Source: Lentisphaeria bacterium (GTDB taxonomy: Bacteria; Verrucomicrobiota; Lentisphaeria; Oligosphaerales; MVZH01). From it: 64,000 bases of DNA. The translations under genes were made by a program, and so were the position numbers. Below, one piece after another: positions 30,285 to 40,859 of this stretch. Position 1 is the stretch's first letter. Each line of letters begins with the position of its first letter. The stretch covers positions 1,919 to 65,918 of the forward strand of contig JAVVEH010000024.1 in the NCBI GenBank assembly GCA_032251435.1. Reading direction: 5' to 3'. Under the pieces are notes generated by a model. The model made no database searches, had not been told where the DNA came from, and worked only from the letters and a program-made list of their open reading frames with translations.

Positions 30285-31439
30285 TTGGCGATCAAAGTCC
30301 TATATCTTAACCATGTCTCCACCTGTGGCGGGGGAGCGGAACAGAGTCTGATTGAACTCCTTGACGCTCTGCCTGATGTGGACGCCACGGTGATGATGCC
30401 GTCGGGGGGAGATCTGGTCAGGGAATGTCAGCAACGTGATATCCCGGTTGTGAGCGCCCCCCTGCGCGCGCTCTCGCGGTCGAAGGATCCTCTCCGCCAG
30501 ATTCGGTTCCTTTTAAGTCTTGTTCACGTACGGGGGAAACTACGCCGACTTGTCAGAAAGGGGGGCTTTGACGTGGTTCACGCTAACAGCACCAGCGCGG
30601 CGGTTTACGCCGCTTGGGCTTTTGGAAAAAGGGGAGGGGACGGGCCTGGTCCGCGGGTGATCTGGCATTGCCGTGACAGTGTGCCGCTGGGGTGGATTGG
30701 CCCATGGCTGGCGGAACGGGTGAGTGTCGCTGTGGCGATCTCTGACCGGGTTGGCGACCAGTTGAAACCGTTCTTTCCCGCGGACCGCGTCACGGTTATT
30801 AAAAACGGGGTCGCCGCTCCCCGGTTGGCGGCGGGAAAATCCCGGCGCGCGTTTCGTGAAGACGCGCGGATCCCGCGGGACGCTCCGGTTGTGGGGATGG
30901 CCGCGCATTTGCTGCCATGGAAAAATCACGCTCTTTTTCTGCGGGCCTGCGCGCATGTTATGGAACGCTGTCCGGGGACTCATTTTGTTCTTGCCGGTGG
31001 CGAACCAAGCGGTGGAGTCGCCGGTTATCCGGCGCGGTTGACCGAACTGGCGGGGCGGCTGGGAATCGCCGCTCATACCACTTTTTTGGGGCATTATCCT
31101 GACATGGGGGGATTTTACCGGGGGATTGACGCGCTGTGCCATCCCGTGGTGTCCGAGCCTTTCGGGCGGGTGGTCGCGGAAGCCATGATGATGGGTGTGC
31201 CGGTAACTGTCATGGCCGGTTCCGGTCCGGCGGAATATGTTGAAGACGGACAGACCGGTTTGGTCGCCGCGGACCCCACTCCCGATTGTCTGGCGGAAGG
31301 CATTTGCCGCCTGCTGACAGCTCCGTCGCTCCGCCACCTGGGAGAGAACGCCCGGGGGTTCGCTCAGGCTCATTTGTCTGTCGCGGATACCGCCAAGCGC
31401 CTGTCGCGCCTTTATCAGGGGATCTGCCGCCGGGTTTGA
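30285..31439 (+). CDS. Glycosyltransferase family 4
   Basis: GGAEQSL, DVVHAN, IKNGV, WKNH, EPFGRVVAEAM, DGQTG. Confidence 0.9.
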   Translation: MAIKVLYLNHVSTCGGGAEQSLIELLDALPDVDATVMMPSGGDLVRECQQRDIPVVSAPLRALSRSKDPLRQIRFLLSLVHVRGKLRRLVRKGGFDVVHANSTSAAVYAAWAFGKRGGDGPGPRVIWHCRDSVPLGWIGPWLAERVSVAVAISDRVGDQLKPFFPADRVTVIKNGVAAPRLAAGKSRRAFREDARIPRDAPVVGMAAHLLPWKNHALFLRACAHVMERCPGTHFVLAGGEPSGGVAGYPARLTELAGRLGIAAHTTFLGHYPDMGGFYRGIDALCHPVVSEPFGRVVAEAMMMGVPVTVMAGSGPAEYVEDGQTGLVAADPTPDCLAEGICRLLTAPSLRHLGENARGFAQAHLSVADTAKRLSRLYQGICRRV

Positions 31440-31454
31440 ACCGAACCGCCGCGG

Positions 31455-33569
31455 TTAAACGGGCCGATGTGGTTCCAAGGCGGTTGGCCGTCGTTTCGCG
31501 GTGTCCTCCACCGCTTTCACCGCGTTGAGATAAAGCTGCTCCTGGCTTCCCCGCTTCTTTTTTTGCTTTGAGTCCGTTGGCGGGCGGTAGCGTCCGGAAG
31601 CGGTCAATTCCCATCCTTTAACCGTGTCTTTCATGTGCAGATTCAGAATGTCAATCAACTGTTGCCGGGCGGCGGGATCCTCCACCGGAATCAATAATTC
31701 GACGCGGCGATCCAGATTTCGCGGCATCCAGTCGGCGCTGGAGATAAAGACCTGTTCATCCCCGTCCCGGTAAAAATGAAAAATCCGAGCGTGCTCCAGA
31801 TACCGGTCGACAATACTGACCACCCGGATATTCTCACTGACCTTTTTCACCCCTGGTTTTAGACAGCAAATGCCACGGACATTGAGATCTATTTTCACAC
31901 CGGCGCAAGATGCCTCACACAGCTTGGCGATGAGGATCGGATCCACCAAGGCGTTCATTTTAGCGTTTATGGCCGCTTTCAAGCCATGCGAGGCGCGTTG
32001 GGTTTCCCCGTCGATAAGTGTGAGAAGGTGGTCGCGGAGTGAAAATGGGGCCATTAACAATTTTTCCATGCCGACGGGTTGTGAATATCCGCAAATCGCG
32101 TTAAAGAACAGAGACGCGTCATTGCCCAGGTTTCGCCGACAGGTCATATAGCTGATGTCACCATACAGCCGGGCGGTCGCCTCATTGTAATTTCCGGTTC
32201 CGAAATGCATATAGCGCATGATTCCCCGGGGTTCGCGTCGGATAATCAAGCAAATTTTGGCGTGGGTTTTCAGTTTTCTCACGCCGTAAATAACTTGAAC
32301 GCCCATACGTTCCAGTTCTTTAGCCCAGCTAATATTGCGCGCTTCATCGAAGCGGGCTTTGAGCTCCACCAGAACGGTCACGGATTTGCCGTTGATGGCG
32401 GCTTCTTTCAAGCTGGCGACAATCGAGCTGTCGGCGCTGGTGCGGTAAAGCACTTGTTTAATGGCCAGCACATTGGGATCGACCGCGGCTTCCCGCACGA
32501 AGCGGACCACGGGGGTGTAAGCGTCATAGGGATGATACAGAAGGATGTCTTTTTCCCTTAATTGATCAAAAACAGGCGTGGCCGGATCCACGCGCGGGGA
32601 CGGCTGCGGCGCCCAGGGGGCGCTTTTTAAATGATCAAAGCCATCAATAAACGCCAAGGGCATGAGGGTTTTCAAGTCAATGACACCATCAATTCTGAAC
32701 AATTGCGTGTGCCGGTTTCCGAGTCGGCTCATCAGGAGTGTTTCCATGGCGGGGGACGCGGAGGCGTTGATTTCCATGCGGATGCAGGCGCCGCTCGTGC
32801 GGGCGGCGAGGACATCCTCCATCCCGCTGATCAAATCGGGCGCCTCCTCTTCTTGAATGGCGAAGTCAGCGTTCCGTGTGATTCTGAAGCACGTTGTTTC
32901 CAGAATGTCCTCCCGCGGGAACCAGCGGCGTATTTTGGCTTGGATCAGGTCTGTGCAGAACAGCAGGCCTGTTTTTCCTTTTTCGGCGGGGAGCTGGAAA
33001 AAACTGTCAACCGTCTCCTGCACGGGAATAACCGCCAGGCGCTCCTCGCGCGTGGAATCCTCCCGCATTCTGACCGCGACGTAGAGGCGCAAATTTCGGA
33101 GATCGGGAGCGGCAAGGGTCGCCGCGTCCGGGTCCGGCAACAGCATGGGAGTCAGGAGGGGGAAAACATCATCGTCAAACAATTCATTGGCCCGGATCTC
33201 TTGTTCATCCGTGAGTGTCCGCGGATACAACCGGGTGATGCCGGCGTCCGGCAGGGTCTTGTCAAACAGCTCATGAAAACAGGTGTATTGTTTCTCCACC
33301 ATGTCCCGGTTTTTTTTTTCGATCGCCTCTAGTTGCATTTTGGGCGTGTAGCCCGCCGGGCAGGCGCGGCGTTTGTTGGCTAGACGCAAGCTGATCAGAC
33401 CGCCCACTCTGACCATGAAAAACTCATCCAGGTTGGACCCGGTGATCGCCAGGAATTTAATTCTTTCCAAGGGAGCTTTGCCCGCATCGGCCGCTTCGGC
33501 CAGGACACGCTGGTTAAAGTCGAGCCAGCTTATTTCACGGTTTATGAAGTGTTTTTTCGCGAGTTTCAT
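31455..33569 (-). CDS. ppk1: Polyphosphate kinase 1
   Basis: NREISWLDFNQRVL, NLDEFFMVRV, LYHPY, ELKARFDE, KTHAK, GTGNYN, RYLEHAR, SADWMPRNL. Confidence 0.97.
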   Translation of the reverse strand: MKLAKKHFINREISWLDFNQRVLAEAADAGKAPLERIKFLAITGSNLDEFFMVRVGGLISLRLANKRRACPAGYTPKMQLEAIEKKNRDMVEKQYTCFHELFDKTLPDAGITRLYPRTLTDEQEIRANELFDDDVFPLLTPMLLPDPDAATLAAPDLRNLRLYVAVRMREDSTREERLAVIPVQETVDSFFQLPAEKGKTGLLFCTDLIQAKIRRWFPREDILETTCFRITRNADFAIQEEEAPDLISGMEDVLAARTSGACIRMEINASASPAMETLLMSRLGNRHTQLFRIDGVIDLKTLMPLAFIDGFDHLKSAPWAPQPSPRVDPATPVFDQLREKDILLYHPYDAYTPVVRFVREAAVDPNVLAIKQVLYRTSADSSIVASLKEAAINGKSVTVLVELKARFDEARNISWAKELERMGVQVIYGVRKLKTHAKICLIIRREPRGIMRYMHFGTGNYNEATARLYGDISYMTCRRNLGNDASLFFNAICGYSQPVGMEKLLMAPFSLRDHLLTLIDGETQRASHGLKAAINAKMNALVDPILIAKLCEASCAGVKIDLNVRGICCLKPGVKKVSENIRVVSIVDRYLEHARIFHFYRDGDEQVFISSADWMPRNLDRRVELLIPVEDPAARQQLIDILNLHMKDTVKGWELTASGRYRPPTDSKQKKKRGSQEQLYLNAVKAVEDTAKRRPTALEPHRPV

Positions 33570-33608
33570 AGTGATGACATCAAGGGTGGCGTGGCTAAGC
33601 CAGCGGGG

Positions 33609-35195
33609 TTATTTGGGGGCCGGCCGGAGTGAGGGGAAAAGGCCGAAGACAGTCGTGAACATCTTTCCTTTTGTTTCCAAGGTCGCCCGTTCTGATGATA
33701 AGCTGCCCCGGTAGCGGGTGGTGATGACAAGGGTTTTCGCATCCAGGGAAAAAGCGAGATCGCCCAAGCGTTGTTCATGGCTGGAATCCAGGGCTTCCAC
33801 CAGACGCAGCATCGCGGCCAGTTGGATGAGGACAAGCCGGGACTTGGCGGGCAGCCGCGTGTAATCACTGTGCGTTGGTTTGGGATCCGCTCCCCGGTGG
33901 TACCTGGCGATCAATCCGGCCATTGACAGATCCGTGTCATTTAATCCGAATATTTCGCTGTTAATCATCAAGTATTTGCTGTGTTTGTGATGGCTGCGGT
34001 TGCTGACAAAGGTGCCGATATCGTGCAAAATCGCCGCCACTTCTAAAATGGTCCGATCTTTTTGGGAGAGTTGATGCGCCTGCCGCAACGCGTCAAACAA
34101 TTGCGTCACATAAGCGGTGACACATTTTGAATGTTTTTTGTCGTAATGATACTTCCGGCCCACTTCTTTGGCGGAGTGGATAATATGGCTGATAAAGATG
34201 TCACTCCAGACTTCTTCCCCCACAAATTCGGCCAGCAATCCGCCGCGGAGATTCTGATTGCCCACATAGAGGGTGGAAAGATTTAACTGCCCCGCTAAAT
34301 GAACCAGGGCGAGCAATGTCGGGCCCAAGGTTTCGGCTTCCGGGAGGGCGATGTGGTGGCGGGAGACCAATTCTTCAACAGGAGAGGCCAGAACCTTGGC
34401 CGCTAATTCAGCCACGCGCGGAACGGCCAATTTCGCGGCGGAGACCCCGTCCCAGTTCCGGCACAGGCGTTCGGCGGCGAAACGGGCCTCGGCGCCCAGG
34501 GCCAGGACGCGTACTGGTGTGCCGGGGATCAGACACTCGCGGATCGACCGCACAGTGCCGCTGAGCGCTTGGGTGATCACCTCTTCCAGCTGAATGCCGG
34601 GTTCTTGGTATTGTTCCAGGGTTTCTCTGACCCGGAATGACCCGAAACGATGCGTTTGAGCGAAGTCAACCTGCCCGTCCCGCAACCCCATGACTTCGGT
34701 ATTGCCCCCGCCCACTTCCAGCAACAGCAAGTAATCTTTGGCCAGGTGTTTGTCTTTCTCAATCAACGGGCGCACGGCCAGGAAGGTTAGCCGGTTGACC
34801 TCCGCCCCGTCAATAATGTCCACTTTAATTCCGGTGGCGATTTTCACGCGGTTGATAAATTGCTCCCGGTTCTCCGCTTCGCGGACCGCGCTGGTGGCCA
34901 CCGCCCGGATCGCCTTGGTGGATGTCACCGCCCAGTTTTCCTGAAGACTCTTCTGGAAGCGCCGGAGGACTTCCACACAGGTTTCAATGGTGGAAAACTT
35001 GATTTTCCCACCCGTGAAGGTGTCGCGGCCTAAGCTCAGGCTTTGCTGGAGACGGTCTTTGATCACCCACGTTTTATCCGGATAAATTTCCGCCACGGCC
35101 ATACGGACGGATGTGGCGCCAATATCAATGACCGCCCGGATCACAGGCGGCGAGAGTGGTGACGGATCTTGACAAGAAATAGTTTCACTGCTCAT
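33609..35195 (-). CDS. ppx: Exopolyphosphatase/GppA family with HD domain
   Basis: IDIGATSVR, ATSAVREA, EVGGGNTE, LHDIG, HHKHS; directly upstream of ppk1. Confidence 0.92.
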   Translation of the reverse strand: MSSETISCQDPSPLSPPVIRAVIDIGATSVRMAVAEIYPDKTWVIKDRLQQSLSLGRDTFTGGKIKFSTIETCVEVLRRFQKSLQENWAVTSTKAIRAVATSAVREAENREQFINRVKIATGIKVDIIDGAEVNRLTFLAVRPLIEKDKHLAKDYLLLLEVGGGNTEVMGLRDGQVDFAQTHRFGSFRVRETLEQYQEPGIQLEEVITQALSGTVRSIRECLIPGTPVRVLALGAEARFAAERLCRNWDGVSAAKLAVPRVAELAAKVLASPVEELVSRHHIALPEAETLGPTLLALVHLAGQLNLSTLYVGNQNLRGGLLAEFVGEEVWSDIFISHIIHSAKEVGRKYHYDKKHSKCVTAYVTQLFDALRQAHQLSQKDRTILEVAAILHDIGTFVSNRSHHKHSKYLMINSEIFGLNDTDLSMAGLIARYHRGADPKPTHSDYTRLPAKSRLVLIQLAAMLRLVEALDSSHEQRLGDLAFSLDAKTLVITTRYRGSLSSERATLETKGKMFTTVFGLFPSLRPAPK

Positions 35196-35436
35196 AATTC
35201 GGCGGGCCGGTTAAAGGATAACGTTCAGGGGTAAGATATAATCCCGATGGCGTTCATCAAGCGCGTGGAGAAGAATCTCATCATGTTCTCATATATCCCG
35301 ACGCGGTCGAATTTAATTTCGCGGCGCTGTCAACGAAAGGTGTCACGTTGTACAAGTTCGGGAAAAGACTACATTAACCGCTCGAAGCCGACAAGCTGAT
35401 TATTCTTCCCCGCCATGGACATGGTTAGCCCCTTTT

Positions 35437-38280
35437 ATGAAAATGTTTGTTGAATACACTGAGCGCCCTCTGGCCGTTGGCATCGCAAATCCCCGGTTTT
35501 CGTGGGAAGTGCCCTTAGCGGGACGGAACCGGAAGCAGAGCGCCTATCGCATCTTGGTGGGGACCGGTGAAGAGCTCTTGAAAACCGGCCGGACTGATCT
35601 CTGGGACAGTGGCAAAGTCGACTCATCCCAGTCAGTTAACGTGGAATACCGTGGTGCCCGGCTGTCCAGTGACACGGATTATTTCTGGAGCGTCCAGGTG
35701 TGGGATGAAGGCGGAAACGCGCATGGCTTCAGTTTGGTGGAGCCCTTTGGCACCGCGCTCCTGAACGCGTCTGACTGGAAAGCGGACTGGATTGGCATGG
35801 GCCCCGCCGCGGAGCCGATGTTTGATCCCTACTCCATCCATCAGGACGATGCCACGTCAGGCGGTCTCAGACTGGCCGAGCGGGATTATCAGAAAATGGG
35901 CGCTGATCCGCGGGATCACACCCCGGAACCGCGGGCCCCGCACATGCGTAAGGCGTTTTCACTTGACAAACCGGTGAAACGCGCCCGGGCTTTTATCTGC
36001 GGTCTCGGCCTGTTTGAGCTGCGTCTCAACGGGGCTAAAGTGGGAGACGATGTTCTCGCCACGCCCCGCACCGACTTCCGGAAACGGGTCTATTATTTCA
36101 CCTATGATATTACCGGTCAACTCGCCAAGGGGGAAAACGTCGTGGGGGTGATTCTAGGCAATGGCTGGTTCAATGCCCAGAAGAAACATTGGCATTGGCA
36201 AGCTCCGTGGTTCGGAGAACCCAGGGCGCTCGTGCAGCTTGACATCGACTTCGAGGATGGTTCCCGCAAACGGGTGATCAGTGACGAATCCTGGCGGGGC
36301 GACGGGTCACCTCTTGTGTTTAATTGCCTCTATGACGGCGAGGACTACGACGCCCGCCTGGAGCAACCAGGCTGGGACACCCCCGGTTTTGACGCCTGCC
36401 AGTGGCGCCCTGTGACTCTTGTTCCCGCACCGGGCGGCAGGCTGACCGCTATGGATCACCAGGCCAACAAGGTGATGAAGCGCTTCAAGCCAGCGAGCGT
36501 CAGCGAACCTGAACCGGGCGTGTTTGTTTTTGACATGGGCACGGTCATGACCGGCTGGGTGGCCGTGCGGATTCCGCAGGGCGCGGCGGGACAAACCGTC
36601 ACGCTGCGGTATGCCGAACTTCTGCATAAGAACGGAATGATCAACCCCGGCACCGCCGGGGGCGCCCGTCAGTCGGACCTTTACACCATGAAAGGCGGCG
36701 CCAATGAATTCTATGAGCCCCGTTTCACCTATCACGGATTCCGCTATGTGGAGGTCACCGGCTGCCCCGGCCAGCCGAATCTGAGCACGCTGGAAGCCTG
36801 CTTTGTTCACCAGGGAGTTGAGCCGGCCGGGAGCTTTGAGTGCGGTCATGCGCTAATCAACAAAATTCACGCTTGCACCTTGCAATCCCAGCGCTGTAAC
36901 CTGCAGATGGGTGTCCCCACCGACGACACTCAGCGCGAGGAACGCCTGGGCTGGTGCGGCGATGCCTGGAGCTATGCTGAAGAGTGCTTTTATAACCTCG
37001 ACTCCGCCCGTTTCTGGAGCAAGTGGATTGCCGACTTCTATGATCAGCAGGATCCGGACAGTGGCCTGGCCGGTTATATCTGTCCTCTTCCGGGCTGGGG
37101 TGAGGATCTGATCTGGAGCGCGGCGTTTGTTCTGATTCCCTGGTGGCACTACCTCCATTATGGCGACCGTCGTCTCTTGTCAACAAGCTATCCCTACTTG
37201 AAGAAGTATGTAGCCTACTTGGAAAAAACGGGAAAGAAAGAGCTTCCGGATTTCGCCGACGGGCAGCCGGGCGACCTTCTTTTTCCAAAATGTGAGCTGA
37301 AAGACCGTTATTCCACACCGGAAAACCACGGCTACCTTCAGCACTCGCTGTTCGGGGATCACCTCGCCACCCACGAAGGGGGATCCGGCATGGGGAAGGA
37401 TCAGCCCCGCTCCATGGCCACGGCCTTTTATCACCACGATGTCACCACCATGATCCAAATCGCTGAGACACTGGGTGAGGTTAGGGACGCGGAAGAATAC
37501 CGCGGCCTGGCCGCGAAAATCAAATCCGCCTTTAATGACCGCTTTTTCGACACCTATGGCGGTTACTATGATGGTGGCTGCCAGAGCGCCCAGGCCCTGG
37601 CCCTGGCCTTTGACCTGGTGCCGGAGGAGCGGCGCGGCCGCGTGATCAGCTACCTGAACAGCTCTGTCAATTTTCGCCAGCGGCGCATCACATCCGGGTA
37701 TGCGGGCACCAAATGGGTTGTCCACGCCATCGGTCTTTCCGGGCGCGATGACATCCTGTGGAAGCGGGCCACCGCCACCGACTACCCCAGTTGGGGATAC
37801 ATGCTGCGTGGCAACAAGACAACCATTTGCGAAAACTGGGCGGGGAAAGCCTCTCAGTGCCACACCACGCTCGGGGCGGCCATCGACGAATGGTTCTTTC
37901 GCGGGTTGGCCGGCATCAGACCGGACACCGCCGCCCCCGGCTTCGAAAAAATCATCTTTAAACCGTATTTACCCAAAGATCTCCCCTGGGTGAAAGCGTC
38001 ATTGCGGACCGTGCGCGGAATGATTGTGTCTGAATGGGAACAAGACGGCGCCCAGGCCGAGCTGGTCATACTCGTGCCCGCCAATAGCACGGCCAAAGTT
38101 TATATTCCAGTACCGGATTCGGGCGCCATTTTTGAAAGCGGCCTGCCTGCCGGCGATGCGGAAGGTGTCGAGGTGTGTGAAATCACCAATGGGGGCACCG
38201 TGTTTCTCGTGGGGTCAGGGCGCTACCGCTTCCGCTTCCCAGTGGAGACTGATTTTTGTGCCGAGTTTGACGGGTCGTGA
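35437..38280 (+). CDS. Alpha-L-rhamnosidase, GH78
   Basis: PRFSW, WDSGKV, DGEDYDAR, PRFTYHGFRY, PTDDTQREERLGWCGD, YPSWGYM, PGFEKIIFKP. Confidence 0.9.
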   Translation: MKMFVEYTERPLAVGIANPRFSWEVPLAGRNRKQSAYRILVGTGEELLKTGRTDLWDSGKVDSSQSVNVEYRGARLSSDTDYFWSVQVWDEGGNAHGFSLVEPFGTALLNASDWKADWIGMGPAAEPMFDPYSIHQDDATSGGLRLAERDYQKMGADPRDHTPEPRAPHMRKAFSLDKPVKRARAFICGLGLFELRLNGAKVGDDVLATPRTDFRKRVYYFTYDITGQLAKGENVVGVILGNGWFNAQKKHWHWQAPWFGEPRALVQLDIDFEDGSRKRVISDESWRGDGSPLVFNCLYDGEDYDARLEQPGWDTPGFDACQWRPVTLVPAPGGRLTAMDHQANKVMKRFKPASVSEPEPGVFVFDMGTVMTGWVAVRIPQGAAGQTVTLRYAELLHKNGMINPGTAGGARQSDLYTMKGGANEFYEPRFTYHGFRYVEVTGCPGQPNLSTLEACFVHQGVEPAGSFECGHALINKIHACTLQSQRCNLQMGVPTDDTQREERLGWCGDAWSYAEECFYNLDSARFWSKWIADFYDQQDPDSGLAGYICPLPGWGEDLIWSAAFVLIPWWHYLHYGDRRLLSTSYPYLKKYVAYLEKTGKKELPDFADGQPGDLLFPKCELKDRYSTPENHGYLQHSLFGDHLATHEGGSGMGKDQPRSMATAFYHHDVTTMIQIAETLGEVRDAEEYRGLAAKIKSAFNDRFFDTYGGYYDGGCQSAQALALAFDLVPEERRGRVISYLNSSVNFRQRRITSGYAGTKWVVHAIGLSGRDDILWKRATATDYPSWGYMLRGNKTTICENWAGKASQCHTTLGAAIDEWFFRGLAGIRPDTAAPGFEKIIFKPYLPKDLPWVKASLRTVRGMIVSEWEQDGAQAELVILVPANSTAKVYIPVPDSGAIFESGLPAGDAEGVEVCEITNGGTVFLVGSGRYRFRFPVETDFCAEFDGS

Positions 38281-38435
38281 GATCAGGAAAGAGGATGGCG
38301 GAGAAGGGTCCGCGCATGCGGTTTGTTCGGGAAAAGAGGATAAATCCTATCCGGAGGGCTGATGACAGATTGAAAACACACCGAAGGACCGTAGATTAAC
38401 CCCACAGATTCTCACACGACCAAAAGGAAACAACC

Positions 38436-39545
38436 ATGAGTCACACAAAAATCGCACCGTTGATCGTTTTCGCCGCTGCTATTTTTACGCTGTCCACCCG
38501 AGCACAGGATATGGGGCATGTGATCATGCCCGGAGCGGATCTGATGATACAGGTGAAGCTGGCTGACATAAGCAAGGCGCCTATTTTTATCGCGATGAAA
38601 AAATGGAAAGAAGAGCAGGAGGTGAAGGCCCCGGAAGACCGTGTCGCCGGTGTCGAGGAAACTGACAAAGCGATGGCTGAGCTTCGCATGGTGACCGGTT
38701 TGGAACCCGCTGATTTCCTGTTATTTGTCGCGACGGTTAACCTTGATGGTGTTGATTGGGATGACACCCCTGAAATGGGAGGGGTTGACGCCCTCGCCGC
38801 CGTGAAACTGGGCAAAGAATTACCGGTCAGCAAGCTTGAGACAGGGCTAAAGGCCTCGTTTGCCAAAAAAGCTGAAGAAAAAGAAACCCCCGCTGGTACA
38901 GTTTCCCGGTATTCTTACGATGACACGGTTATTCTTCAAGTGAAAGAGCCCGACGATGACGTGCCGACATGTTTGGCTATGACCAGTGACGACAAAGTCC
39001 TGCTTGTCGGGTCGAAATCGGCCATTGAAGGCGCCCTTGATCGGTATGCGTCGGGCAGTAAGATTTCTCCCAGCACCCTTTTTCCCGCTTCCGTCGGGAA
39101 GGCGGTTGGCCGCGGCAGTTGCTATATGCTGCTCAATCCCACAGCCGATATGATGACCAGAATGGGGAAACAAGAAGACGGCGCGCCCAACCCGGCTAAA
39201 GATCTGCTGACAAAATTAAAATCAATCGGCCTTGGGATTAATTTCGGTGAATCCCTGGATTTGGCCCTGATTGGCCAATTCACCACGGACGAGGCGGCCC
39301 GGCAGGCCAGCATGATGGTTGACGCCCAAGCTGTCAGCGGCTTAAAAATGATGTTGTCCATGATGACCGGCGGCGCACCGTTGCCCATGCTGCAAACGAT
39401 GAAAGCGGGCGCGGGACAGATCGGCATGGCCTGGTTTAAGATGTCCCTTTCCCAAGCGGATCTTGATGTTCTCGCTCAAGTCGCGGAAAAGAAGACGCGG
39501 GAAGCCCCGGTGGCGGAAGAGAACATGCAGTGGGAGGAGGAGTGA
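38436..39545 (+). CDS. Exported hypothetical protein
   Basis: 369-aa ORF with an AAGGA SD and signal peptide (..TRA/QD); no family recognised. Confidence 0.75.
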   Translation: MSHTKIAPLIVFAAAIFTLSTRAQDMGHVIMPGADLMIQVKLADISKAPIFIAMKKWKEEQEVKAPEDRVAGVEETDKAMAELRMVTGLEPADFLLFVATVNLDGVDWDDTPEMGGVDALAAVKLGKELPVSKLETGLKASFAKKAEEKETPAGTVSRYSYDDTVILQVKEPDDDVPTCLAMTSDDKVLLVGSKSAIEGALDRYASGSKISPSTLFPASVGKAVGRGSCYMLLNPTADMMTRMGKQEDGAPNPAKDLLTKLKSIGLGINFGESLDLALIGQFTTDEAARQASMMVDAQAVSGLKMMLSMMTGGAPLPMLQTMKAGAGQIGMAWFKMSLSQADLDVLAQVAEKKTREAPVAEENMQWEEE

Positions 39546-39680
39546 CACCGGGCTCAAACTGCTCTCCGAAAACCGTGTCGAAGAGGCCATTCCACTATTG
39601 GCTCAATACGCGCGGGATCATCCGGTGTTTATTAAAAGGAATACGCGCGACTGAAACGGCAGCTGGCTGACTGTCACTCC

Positions 39681-39840
39681 GCAATTGGGGACGTATTTGG
39701 GCAATTGGGGACGTATTCGGGGAACATGATGAAAGAGAATAAGAAAGAGATATTTTCAACTATTAAAAAGCCGTTAGAAGCAATTCTTATGTGCTTGGGG
39801 TTTTGCTCTAAGAGGATTTTTGCCCTTCTTAATTGAGGCA
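39681..39840 (-). mobile_element. Remnant 3' end of a Y1/RAYT-type element
   Basis: Minus strand AAGGGCAAAAATCCTCTTAGA resembles AAGGGCAAAAAATAGCTCTTAGA at the 3' end of the intact transposase gene (about 61299-61321); an AT-rich tract follows, then a tandemly duplicated 20-bp end GCAATTGGGGACGTATT(T/C)GG. Confidence 0.5.
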
Positions 39841-40036
39841 GCCGAATGCCCGTCCCTTTTTCCCGGAATCTCATCCGTCCATTACCGATTTTTCCGGTAC
39901 GTAATTGCGGGTCAGCCTCCGATTTGCTTTTATCCGGCCTGTCTCGCCTCCGCGAGAAAAATTAACACATCAAACAGATCCCCGCCCGGATAAAACCGGG
40001 TGGGGATACTGTTGCGAGCAAAGGGGAAAAGCGGAT

Positions 40037-40145
40037 CTACTTCAACCGTTCCAGAAACTTAGCTGGAGGGAGAATAGTGATTCCCTCACAGGCCTTTCCA
40101 AAAAATGCCGGATACAAGAACATTAGTGTCAATTACGACACGCAT
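40037..40145 (-). pseudogene. PIN-domain toxin with a large internal deletion
   Basis: ATG overlaps the antitoxin end: MRVVIDTNVLVSGIFWKG, then stop; immediately followed in another frame by a typical PIN C-terminus, EGITILPPAKFLERLK*. Confidence 0.82.
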
Positions 40146-40395
40146 GACGAACCTCGGCAATAGCTCCTAAAACATCATCAGGAGTTAAACCGGCTTCAAT
40201 TTCAGCTTGCCGACTTTCCTCTGCCAATTCCCGGAAAGCCTCCAGACGGGGAGGAATAATGGGCTTCATCAGCACATTTTCTCCATCGGTCACCACCATC
40301 AGTTTGCTACCGGATAAAATCCCCAGCTGTTTCCGGATACTTCCCGGTATCACGACTTGTCCCTTGCTTGAGACACTGGCCATTTCAACTTGCAT
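40129..40395 (-). CDS. AbrB/MazE/SpoVT-family antitoxin
   Basis: VSSKGQVVIPGSIRKQLGI..G; upstream IR GTAAG-N5-CTTAC (40419-40433) and a TTGACA-N16-TATAGC promoter-like sequence. Confidence 0.9.
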   Translation of the reverse strand: MQVEMASVSSKGQVVIPGSIRKQLGILSGSKLMVVTDGENVLMKPIIPPRLEAFRELAEESRQAEIEAGLTPDDVLGAIAEVRHACRN

Positions 40396-40583
40396 GATGC
40401 ACCTCGCTTTGTTTGAAAGTAAGCATTTCTTACAGTGGTGCTATAGGATGTTATCGGCCTGTGTCAACATCTCCACCTAACCCTTTTGGGATTAGGGAGG
40501 GATTAGGAGACGTACGCAGGGAAGATAGCGCAGGAGAAGAAGAAAGAGATATTTTCACAGCCGTCCCATGGGATGGCCAGATC

Positions 40584-40645
40584 AACGTTGTCCAGAACCT
40601 TGTCCAGAACCAAAGTCAAAATGGAGTCAGGTTCTGGACAAGGTT
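40584..40645. repeat. REP-like hairpin with stuttered left arm
   Basis: AACCTTGTCCAGAACC (40596-40611) and GGTTCTGGACAAGGTT (40630-40645) form a perfect 16-bp IR; the left arm is preceded by a 12-bp duplication. Confidence 0.8.
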
Positions 40646-40757
40646 TGAATTTCGCTTGCACGAAAAACAAAAAATCTTAACTGGGGATACCGATAAAATC
40701 GAAACCTCAAGCACAAAAAAGTCGAAAATCAGCCGATTTTCATGAGTTATGGGATCA

Positions 40758-40856
40758 CAGTGTCTGAAATTCTTTAATGACCAGCGATACCACCTTCACA
40801 GTTATTGTATTATGCCCAACCATGTTCATGTTATGGAAAAGAAAGGTCTGATTTAA
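40758..40856 (+). pseudogene. Fragment of a Y1/RAYT tyrosine transposase
   Basis: Translates QCLKFFNDQRYHLHSYCIMPNHVHVM (HUH motif MPNHVH), then stops; adjacent to the REP-like hairpin. Confidence 0.78.
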
Positions 40857-40859
40857 ACT

